NCBI RefSeq assembly: GCF_016432865.1
Contig: NC_067402.1
Coordinates: 102,982,001-103,046,000, forward strand
DNA: 64,000 bases
Source of the DNA: Antechinus flavipes
Lineage: Eukaryota
Direction: 5' to 3'
Program-made: the position numbers and the translations under genes
In this document: positions 1 through 9,306 of the stretch, piece after piece
How the letters are laid out: each line of letters starts with the position of its first letter
Position numbering within the stretch: the first letter of the stretch is position 1
Notes under the pieces: model-generated
The model's input: only the letters and a program-made list of their open reading frames with translations
What the model was told of the DNA's origin: nothing
The model's database searches: none

Positions 1-499
1 TAACCCCAGTTTATGCTTTTCTCCCTTCTTACTCCCTTACCCCCCTTCCCAGTATTAAGCTTGTGAGCACTACTTGCTTCTCACAGCCCTCCCTTTTTTA
101 GTATCCCTCCCTCCCCCTTAGAGTTACCCCCCCCAATTTACCCCTTTCCCTCCCAGATACCGTATTCCCTTCCACTTAGCTTATTCCTTCCCTTTTCACT
201 TTTCCCTTCTCACTTTTCAGTGAGGTGGGAGAAGTTTCACCATAGATTGAATATGTCTAAAATTCTTCTCTTAATGCCAATTCTGAAGGCAGTAAAATAC
301 TCACTATATTCATCCCTCTCCATTCTTTCTCTCAGATATACTAGGTTTTCTTTGCCTCTTCATGAAATGTAGTACCCCCACTTTCCCTTTTTTCTGGTAC
401 AATGTCCTTTCCACATCTAGTTTCTAGAACAAGGTATACATGTATTCTTTATACATCTTTATAGCCGGAATACAGTTCCCAAGATTAATCTTTACCTTT

Positions 500-1420
500 T
501 TAGATTTCTCTTGAGTTCTGTGCTTGTAGATCAAATTTTTTGTTAAGTTCTGGCTTTTTCATCAGAAATAGATGGAATTCGCTTACTTCGTTGAATGTCC
601 ATCTTCTTCCCTGGAAAAAGATGCTCATTCTCGCTGGGTAAGTTATTTTTGGTTGCATACCAAGTTCCTTAGCCTTTTGGAATATCATATTCCAGGCCCT
701 TCGATCCTTTAATGTGGATGCTGCCAGATCCTGGGTGATCCTTATTGTGGCTCCTTGATACTTGAATTGGGTTTTTCTAGCCGCTTGCAGTATTTTTTCC
801 TTCGCCTGAGGGTTCTGGCATTTGGCCACTATATTCCTTGGTGTTTTGATTTTAGGATCCCTTTCAGTAGGGGATCGATGAATTCTTTCAATGTCTATTT
901 TACCCTCTGTTTCTATGACTTCTGGGCAGTTCTCTTTGATAATTTCCTGGAAAATAGTGTCCAGGCTCTTTTTTTCATCATACTTTTCTGGAAGTCCGAT
1001 GATTCTCAGGTTGTCTCTCCTGGATCTGTTTTCCAGGTCTGTTGTCTTCCCCAGAAGGTATTTCACATTCTTTTCCATTGTTTGATTTTTTTGGATTTGC
1101 TTGACTGATTCTTCTTGTCTCCTTGAGTCATTCAATTCCAATTGTTCGACCCTGATTTTCAGTGAGGTATTTTCTTCACTCACTTTTTTAAGATCTTTTT
1201 CTAATTGTCCAATTGAGTTCTTTTGTTCTGTGGAATTTTTTTCCATTTCGCCAATTTTGTTTTCCAGTTCACCAATCCTATTTTTCAAGGATTTGGTTTC
1301 TTTATCCACTCTCTCTTTAACTGACTTCTCCAGGCTCTTTTGCCAAGCCTCCCTCTCCTTTTCCCATTTTTCTTCTAGCTCCCTTGTGAGAGCCTTTTTA
1401 ATTTCCTCCATGAGATTCAT
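500..1420 (-). CDS. LINE-1 ORF1p (coiled-coil, RRM, CTD), 306 aa from an internal ATG; the native start at 1559 is out of frame
   Basis: Motifs DLENRSRRDNLRIIGLPE, IERIHRSP, PRNIVAK, KEKILQAARK, IRITQDL, RRAW and YPARMS are hallmarks of L1 ORF1p. The frame stays open upstream to about 1530, then meets TAA. ATG AGC AAG AAG CTG at 1559 is 139 nt upstream of 1420, i.e. shifted by one frame. Confidence 0.92.
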   Translation of the reverse strand: MNLMEEIKKALTRELEEKWEKEREAWQKSLEKSVKERVDKETKSLKNRIGELENKIGEMEKNSTEQKNSIGQLEKDLKKVSEENTSLKIRVEQLELNDSRRQEESVKQIQKNQTMEKNVKYLLGKTTDLENRSRRDNLRIIGLPEKYDEKKSLDTIFQEIIKENCPEVIETEGKIDIERIHRSPTERDPKIKTPRNIVAKCQNPQAKEKILQAARKTQFKYQGATIRITQDLAASTLKDRRAWNMIFQKAKELGMQPKITYPARMSIFFQGRRWTFNEVSEFHLFLMKKPELNKKFDLQAQNSREI

Positions 1421-1559
1421 CTGTGCTGAGGAACATATGATCTCCTCCTTTGGGGATTCACCTGGGGACTGCCTGTTTTTAGTCTCCTCAGGATTTAGAG
1501 TCTGCTCTCTATCTGTATAGAAGCTGTAGGGTTAAATTCTTTTTCAGCTTCTTGCTCAT

Positions 1560-2152
1560 TCTGTCTAATAATCAAAGACAAACTATCAAAGAAACAGAAG
1601 AAAAAAACCCTTGAATGGAGGCTGCTTTCTTTGGGGGAGGGGGAGGGTATTCGTGAGGCACGGGTCCTACTGTGCTATGGCGCCTGCGCACTGAGATCCG
1701 AGCGCTCTGAGATCCGAGCGGGCTGAGACACTGTGGGGGGAGGGGTGGCCAGGACCCGAGAGACTCCAGCTGTTTGGGGCTGTATTCTTCACCCCCGGTG
1801 TTTTTAGCTTCTCTGCTGCCGGAGCAAAGTATCTAATCCTGTAGCAAAGCTCTCCCCGCAGAGACGGCTGCGATCACGCCCCACCCCCTCTCCGCTCTAC
1901 CCGGTTCTGAGCTGCTATCTGTGCTCTCGCTGCAGCTGCTGCCCGCAGACTGCTTCTGATTTAAGTACCGTCCCCGCCCTCGCGCAAAAACAGACCTTTC
2001 TTGACGAGTCTCAAGGATGGTTTCTCTTGGTAAGTAAATGTATGTTTTTTTTTCAGTCGAGCATTAATTCAGAGGCATGAAATGAAATGGATAGTGAGAG
2101 AAAAACACGGAGGTTACACAGGAGTGTATTTCCTCTCCGCCATCTTGGCCCC
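1560..2152 (-). promoter_or_regulatory. L1 5'UTR internal Pol II promoter with a YY1-type motif
   Basis: CpG-rich. CAAGATGGCGG (minus) at about 2137-2147 lies right at the element 5' end. Short tandem CTGAGATCCGAGCG units at about 1691-1725. Confidence 0.8.
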
Positions 2153-2679
2153 AGTCTCGTATTTGAATCTTTAAAATTTAGTATGGCCCTTGGCACATAG
2201 TGTTTAATAAAGCATTTTTCATTGATTTCATTTATTCATTCAACAGAATATAAAATTCTGAATTTATGGGTACAAAAACAGTCAGTTGTACATGTACATA
2301 ATAGGAGAAACTAAACAATTTTTATGAAAAAACTCTGGAATTTAGTTTCATAACTTGAACCAGTGGCATGATATAGTTGCTTAGAGAGGCTAAAGTCGTA
2401 TTATGTCTTTTGATGCTTCAGTGGATTCATTATCTCATCACTATGGGTATTTCTAGTTTGTCAGTGTTTCTCTGAAACCCGAACCCCCAGATGTATGTGA
2501 TTCAGATGTTGTCAATGATGGAATAATTATTTCCCACGGCCTAGACACCATGCTCCTACTAATGTAGCCCCAAGATGCTGTGCTTGGACGGATTTCCACT
2601 GGATGAGATACCAGACTAGCTAAGCTTCTCATCCAATGTGATTTCTGTCTGTTTTTCTATAACTCCTCCACGGGGAATC

Positions 2680-2880
2680 TAGGCAGCTAGATGGTACAAA
2701 GGTGAGAACGCTGGCTCTGGATCAGAAAGAACTGAGGTCAGATCTGGCCTCAGTTATTTCCTACCTATAATGCCCCCTAGCAAGTTACAAAACCAGTTTG
2801 CCTCCATTTCCCCCTCTGTAAAATGGGGATAATAATAGCACCGACCTCTTAAAATTGTTGTGAATATCCAATAATTATGA
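2680..2880 (+). mobile_element. CORE-SINE (MIR/MAR-like), degraded
   Basis: tRNA-like head (ggcagctagatggtac) and core ctgtaaaatggggataataatagcac. Confidence 0.7.
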
Positions 2881-2944
2881 TAAGAAGAATAATTATAAAG
2901 TGATTAGCTCAGAAGAAATGTGAGATGAGCATAGTTACAGAATC

Positions 2945-3101
2945 TACCCCAAATGTTCATAGGGAGTATTTGGGTCTGACCTGTGGCAAAGCATCCCAAG
3001 CTCGTATTGGTCTGATTGGCCACACACAGAAGGACATATTAACTGGATTCTAACATAGTGAAGTCATTTTGTCTTTTTTTGAGAACAATGGACAACAACC
3101 A
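2945..3101 (+). mobile_element. RTE-derived 3' tail fragment
   Basis: Ends ...gtcttttttgagaacaatggacaacaacca, resembling the RTE/MAR 3' terminus. Confidence 0.5.
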
Positions 3102-3189
3102 CAGTACAGCCTGACACATAGTAAGCACTACCTAAAGATTAGCAATTTGTTGATATTGTTATTATTATTACTATTAGTCAACTCACTGG

Positions 3190-4125
3190 AGTTCTCAGCC
3201 TAAGACCCGTGACTTTTTTTTTTTTAATACATCTGTTGATAACTTTGTTTCAATATGATTGGAATCCTTTGTAGTCCTGTATATTTTATTTTATGCATTT
3301 AAAAACATGATTCTGATGACAGGAAAAGATAATGATAAATGTTAGAGGGAGATGGGAAAATTGGGACACTGATGTATTGTTGGTGGAGTTGTAAAATGAT
3401 CCAATCATTCTGGAGAACAATTTGAAGCTATGCCAGAAGGGGTATAAACCCTCAAAAGGGGTAAAAAAAAACACCATAACTTTTGATCCATTAGTCTCAT
3501 TACTGGGTCTGTATCTCAAAGAGACCATAAAAGAGGGAAAGGAACCCACATGGGCAAAAATGTTTGTAGCAGCTCTTTTTGTAGAGGCAAGAAACTGGAA
3601 ACTGAGTGGGTGCCCATCAATTGGAGAATGGCTGAATAAGGTAAGGTACATGAAGGTAATGGAATATTATTACTATTCTATAAAAATGATGAACAAGCTG
3701 ATTTTAGAAAGGCCTGGAAAGATTTATACGGACTGATGCTGAGTGAAACAAGCAGAACCAGGAATATATTGGACACAGTAACAGCAAGATGTGTGATGAT
3801 CAACTCTGAAAGACTTGGTTCTTCTCAGTGATCCAAAGCAATTCCAATAGACTTTGCACAGAAAATCCATCTGCATCCAGAAAAAGAACTATGGAGACTG
3901 AATATAAATCAACACATACTATGTTCACTTCTTTTTTCTGTTTTTTTTTTTAATCTCTCCCATAGTTTTTCCCTTTTGCTCTGTTTTTCACTTCCAACAT
4001 GATTCATAAAGCAATGTGCATTAAAATAAATAAATAAATTAAAAAAAACATGATTCTGAGAAGCAATCCACAGGTTTCACCAGATGGCCAAAAGGGTCCA
4101 TAACACATAAAAATGTTAAGAGCCT
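3190..4125 (+). mobile_element. hAT MITE (Charlie4z-like), split by an L1 insertion
   Basis: ...tttatgcatttaaaaacatgattctga[L1]gaag...caccagatggccaaaagggtccataacac...gttaagag. The same MITE occurs uninterrupted at 6410-6604 and 48770-48976. Confidence 0.7.
3317..4043 (+). mobile_element. 5'-truncated L1 (ORF2 C-terminus, 3'UTR, A-tail) with a 16-bp TSD
   Basis: ORF2 C-terminal text (TITFDPLVSLLGLYLKE...MFVAALFVEARNWK). TSD AAAAACATGATTCTGA at 3301-3316 and 4044-4059. Confidence 0.93.
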
Positions 4126-4789
4126 GTTTTAATTTTTAACAAAAGCTAGTATAATTCTTGGTATGAACCTTCCATTTTGCTACGTGGCCTACCTTTTTTT
4201 CCAGTCTCCCATTAGAGTGAGCCTTTTGAGACCAAGGAGCTACCTTTTACTTTTTTGTTATCTCCATCACTTAGCACAGTGCTGGACAACCAGTGAGCAC
4301 TTAGAAGTCACTTAATAATTGCTAGCTGACTGATGCTTTTTTTTAGTTATACATGACCCCAATGATACCTCTTATTCTTTTCTCACCTGCCCATCATGGT
4401 TAGCATTAAGCTGCATCCAATTTACACTTACCACGAATCTTTCTTCTGCCGATTGGATTTCCTGCCATTATTAGTTCTTTGGAGGCAGTGGTATCCCATG
4501 CTTTGCTGCCATATAGCACCCCCAGAATATTGATATTTAAAATATAGCCTTTTGCAGCAGGGGATGGATTGGAATAATTGAAAATATGGAGGAATTTTGT
4601 ATTTTCTAACTTGCTACTCTCTGTTCCAAATCCAGCTTATTATTATTATAATAATATAATAATTATCATTATTTAGGGTGCCTATTCAAGATGCATATAT
4701 TTTCCATAAATGTAAGGACTACTACTACCCAATGGACTGCCCACCCAAGTGTATCTTGGACTACATTAGTAGAATTGTGGTGTCTAGAT

Positions 4790-5030
4790 TGTGGGAAATC
4801 AGACAACATGTGAATCACATTCATCTGGGGGTTCCATTTTCAGAGGTACACTGACAAACTAGAAAAAATGCCGAGGAGGGTAACTAGAACTCTGAAAGGT
4901 CTTGAAACTTTTTCACTCAGAGAACTGGAAATGGGATTTTTTAGGGGGGGGGAGTAGAAGCAGGGGTGATATCATAGTGGTCTTCCAATATTTGATGGGC
5001 TGTCATATAGAAGAGGAAATCCACTTAAAC
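4790..5030 (+). mobile_element. CR1/L3 LINE fragment (ancient)
   Basis: ctgacaaactaga...ggagggtaactaga...gaaaggtcttgaaac and gtcttccaatatttgatgggctgtcatatagaagagg resemble the L3 3' region. Confidence 0.65.
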
Positions 5031-5167
5031 TCATATTTCAGACTTCTGAGGGATCTCAGAGCACATCTATCTCACTCATAAATCCTCTCAACAGCTTGTA
5101 AAGCTGTAGGATCAAATGGAGGAAATTACTAGGCAGTGAATTTTGGTTTAGCCTAAAGAGAACAAGA

Positions 5168-5368
5168 GTTAGGCAGCAATGTGGCCCAGAGGATAGAGCT
5201 GACTTCAAATGCAGACTCAGACATTTGTGACTTTAATCCTCTGTCTGCCTCAGTTTCTTCAACTGTAAACTGGGAATAATAATCACACCTATTTTCTAGA
5301 GTCATAGTGAGAATCAAGAGACATAATTTTTATTAAGTGTTCCAATGCCTGGAACAATAAATGCTAGC

Positions 5369-5400
<32 letters not shown>

Positions 5401-5680
5401 CTATCATTATTATTATTACTGTTTGTAGAAATGGGAATCCTTCTGTCCTTCCAGATTTTTAGAGAGTCCACACGGCAGAATGGAGTTCAAATCCTGCCTC
5501 TGACATATACTAGCTCTACAAACAAGACTTACCCCGCCGGAGCTTTAGTTTGCTCATCTGTAAAATGGGGATAATAATTCCTGCCTTTCCCTCCCACGGA
5601 GTGGTTGTTGTGAAGCTCCAGTGAGATAATGTATGTAAAGCTCTTTGTAAACCTCCAAGCTCTCTATAAATGCCAGTGGT
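5168..5680 (+). mobile_element. Two CORE-SINE (MIR/MAR-like) copies separated by a (TAA)n tract
   Basis: SINE cores at about 5168-5370 and 5480-5680; (TAA)n at about 5371-5400. Confidence 0.7.
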
Positions 5681-6409
5681 TATTCTCCGTTGCAGAAGGG
5701 ATTTTTGTGTTCAGTGAAAAGCTCCTTCCAGCTCTAATAGCCTGTGATTCGATGATTCTTCCGGATGGGAAGAAAATATTGCAGCCGCATTATGCAAAGT
5801 CAATGTCACTACACCCCACGCAGACTTAATGTCACTGTGCACAGAGAAAATGTCAACATGTACAGGAAGGGGACAATCAACCTAATTTACTCGACTTACA
5901 ACCCCCTAGTATTTCCTGGCTCTGTCTTTCCTATGTGTTTCTCCCTGATAATTCAGCCTGCAAGTCTGAGCACAGGTCATTCACTATCCTTAGGGAAACA
6001 GTAAACAAAGATAAGAGCTTCAGGCCCTGGAATTTATTTTTTATCCACTCAGCCTAAAAGCAACTGCATGTTAAATTTAGAAAGCTTGATTCCAGACCCA
6101 TCCCCCCATCCCTCCCCTTTCCTGCCTCCTCTTAATTCTCCACATCCCCAGCGCGGTCTCTGCTGACCCATGCAACATGAAATATCATGTTGATCCAAGT
6201 ATAGGCCACCCTCAAATTTAGGTGACTCTGCTAAAAGAGCTTATTTTAGGAGAAAAAAATATTCACGGGGGCATCGATGATGGAAAATAACACCAGTTAT
6301 AAGTCATACTCAGATTTTACACAAGGCAGAAGTAAAAACCAGCTTATATTGGGGCCCATCCAGTGTTTTGAAAACCAGGGTGTTACTTAAAAACATTTCA
6401 ATATCAACA

Positions 6410-6604
6410 GTTCTTAATCTGGAATCTATGAATTTGTATTTTTAATATGTTGATAACTACATTTCAATATAATTAGATTACTTTGTAGTTCTGTATATTT
6501 TGTTATGCATTTAAAAACATGATTCTGAGAAGGGGTTAAAATAAAAAGGGCTTTTATTGGAGTGCCAAAGGGTTAGGTGACACAATCAATTCTCTGAACC
6601 CCTG
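6410..6604 (+). mobile_element. hAT MITE (Charlie4z-like)
   Basis: ttcttaatctg...tgcatttaaaaacatgattctgagaagggg...gaacccctg; homologous to the 3190-4125 copy. Confidence 0.7.
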
Positions 6605-7666
6605 CTCTATTTGCTCATTAGCAGGTATTATCTAACGAGTTGGGAGGACCAATTGAGGGCCATTTCCTCCACTATCCATTCCCCTGTTTCTTTTAGGAGC
6701 AATCTTATTTTTCACCTGTTTATTCCCATTTAACTTTCACTGAAATGCCCTCCCGAAGTCTCATTATGGCACAGAGGTGATGGAGCTTGTGGAGAATGGG
6801 GAGAGAGAGCGACTTTCAGTCTCTCATCTGAAGATCAATCTGAGCGCAGAGATGCTTGGCAACTTATCACGTATGGACATATTGTTGGCAGGCCGTTTCT
6901 TGGATTCGACTGTGAGCTTCTGAAGGTCAGAGATTGCTTTTACCTTTCTTTGTATCCTCAACACTCAGGAAATGCTTCCTCAATGCTTGCCGACTCCATT
7001 TTTTGTTGACTGGACCAGAGCATTGGTCACAAGATGGTCTAGCTCCTTGACCATGGTAATTTTCGAGGACTGGCTCCCAAAGCTTGGAGGGGTTTCAATA
7101 TGTGTGGGTAAAAGGAGCACCCACAGGGATGAAATCCCATATCTTTTGAAGTATTAAAGTGTTTACCCAAATATATACTCAGGATAATTTGTTCTGTGCT
7201 TTTCACTCACACATCTGTTGGGTGGGACACCAATAAGAAAAACATACTCCAAATTTAGCTGGGCAATTTCCAATTTATTTTAAAAAGCACGCCTCACAGT
7301 TTGTGAGTCTCTAATTGAATAGCTCTTTCCTATGTAGGTCAGATCCCATTGGAACCGGCTCCAAGAGCCTGGACAAATCCTCTCATTGCGCCGGCCTCTG
7401 GTCTAGTGAAACTGATTCGAAATAAGTTTGGCCAGAATCTCTTGATTAGAGAGAGATCTCACTGTGACGGAGCTTGTGCTAAGTGGGATTCATCCAATAT
7501 CGCCTCAGACACCCCTTGAAGTGCTCACCAGCCTCAGTTCATTTAAATAGATTAAGAATCATAGAAGGTTTGAAATGGAAGAGACCTCCAAGGATCACCT
7601 AGCCCAATGCTCTCTTATGGATGGGGGTCGGAGGTGCAGAGAGAAAAAGAAACTTTTCCAAAGGAA

Positions 7667-7999
7667 NNNNNNNNNNNNNNNNNNNNNNNNNNNNNNNNNN
7701 NNNNNNNNNNNNNNNNNNNNNNNNNNNNNNNNNNNNNNNNNNNNNNNNNNNNNNNNNNNNNNNNNNNNNNNNNNNNNNNNNNNNNNNNNNNNNNNNNNNN
7801 NNNNACTATGGACGGGGAGAGAGACTGACAGANNNNNNNNNNNNNNNNNNNNNNNNNNNNNNNNNNNNNNNNNNNNNNNNNNNNNNNNNNNNNNNNNNNN
7901 NNNNNNNNNNNNNNNNNNNNNNNNNNNNNNNNNNNNNNNNNNNNNNNNNNNNNNNNNNNNNNNNNNNNNNNNNNNNNNNNNNNNNNNNNNNNNNNNNNN
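7667..7999. other. Assembly gaps (N 7667-7804 and 7833-7999) around a 28-bp island; further gaps at 8958-9159, 22049-22192 and 27206-27360
   Basis: N runs in the sequence; several abut GA-rich simple repeats. Confidence 0.99.
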
Positions 8000-8759
8000 A
8001 CCTCCCAGCCTGGTGTTTCTAGAACTACTCTGTTCCTTTTTTTATTAGGGGTGATCTGAGGGATGGTTTGGAGAAAGCTGCAGTTCTATCACCTGAAGAC
8101 AACCTGATGGTCTTCTGTTCCCTAGGATGGGGTGGGTCCCAAGAAGTCGGAGCTAAGAGACATAAAAATAGAAAGTGCCCCCAGCCTCACCCTGGCTCTG
8201 GCACTGTATTTAAGCATTCCATGGAACAATGCAGTAGGTAATTTTAACAAGCTTAGGGAAAAAGGAGAGTGACCAGATGCTCTCAGTTGGCGTGTGGGGA
8301 GGGGATGGGGGAAGAGAGGGAAAAAATATCTGTTAACCTTTTTTTTTTTTTTTTTAAATCAAATTACTAAGGCAAACTAGGACATTAAGTCAGGGACATT
8401 CTACCCAAATAATATTTGGTTCTTGAGTTGCCCGGTTGGCGTATCTAGAAAGATCAAATGACTCATGAGTCTTTCATTTAAAGACTTGTAAATGGCACTT
8501 TCATTTAAAGACTGAGGACAGGGGTTTAAGAGGCAGAAGGAAATAGAGAGCAGCTGGGAAGGGGCGAAACATTTATCTTGGCCTGCAGTCCTGTGGTTGG
8601 GGCTGGAAGGGAGGGGGGTGTCTAACTCATCACAAATCCTGAGCCTGAGCACACAGCAGAGATAGAGGGTAGAAAGGGGGCTGGGGCTGGCGCTCTCTTC
8701 TCTACTTACTCTAGTCCTTCTCTGTTCTTTCTCTGTGATCCTGTCGGTTCTCATAGGCA

Positions 8760-9180
8760 CAGCAGAAGGAAGGGAGGAAAGAAGGAAAAGAAAAAAGAGA
8801 AAGAGACAGAAAAGAGAAAGAAACAGAGAAGGGGGAAAGAAGGGGGGAGAGAGAAAGAGAGAGTGAGGAATGGAAAGAGGAAGGAAGAAAGGAAGGAGGA
8901 AAAGAAAGGAAGGAAGAAAAAGGAGGGAAAAGGAAGAAAGGAAAGAAGGCAAGAAGGNNNNNNNNNNNNNNNNNNNNNNNNNNNNNNNNNNNNNNNNNNN
9001 NNNNNNNNNNNNNNNNNNNNNNNNNNNNNNNNNNNNNNNNNNNNNNNNNNNNNNNNNNNNNNNNNNNNNNNNNNNNNNNNNNNNNNNNNNNNNNNNNNNN
9101 NNNNNNNNNNNNNNNNNNNNNNNNNNNNNNNNNNNNNNNNNNNNNNNNNNNNNNNNNNNGGGTGGAAAGGTGGGAGGGTG
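8760..9180 (+). repeat. GA-rich polypurine low-complexity tract, partly gapped
   Basis: Near-pure A/G sequence on both sides of the 8958-9159 gap. Confidence 0.95.
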
Positions 9181-9253
9181 GAACGGAGGAAAAAATATTT
9201 ATTAAATGCTTTATATGTGTCAGGTATTGTGCTAATCACAGGTAATTGTGCTA

Positions 9254-9256
<3 letters not shown>

Positions 9257-9303
<47 letters not shown>
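9257..9303 (+). repeat. (AC)n microsatellite
   Basis: Perfect dinucleotide run. Confidence 0.98.

Positions 9304-9306
<3 letters not shown>

Larger units (their letters stand above)
1..2152 (-). mobile_element. LINE-1, 5' portion (5'UTR, ORF1, inter-ORF spacer); continues beyond the left window edge
   Basis: Contains a clear ORF1p. CpG-rich 5'UTR ends in GGGGCCAAGATGGCGGAG (minus), the typical L1 5' end. At least 499 bp of sense-strand purine-rich spacer follows ORF1, with no ORF2 start recognised in the window. Confidence 0.95.

Noticed and set aside
755-1520. Plus-strand ORFs 755-1108, 891-1085 and 1101-1520
   Set aside because: They are antisense shadows of L1 ORF1.
7805-7832. 28-bp island between two N runs
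   Set aside because: This is an assembly or gap-filling remnant and cannot be interpreted.
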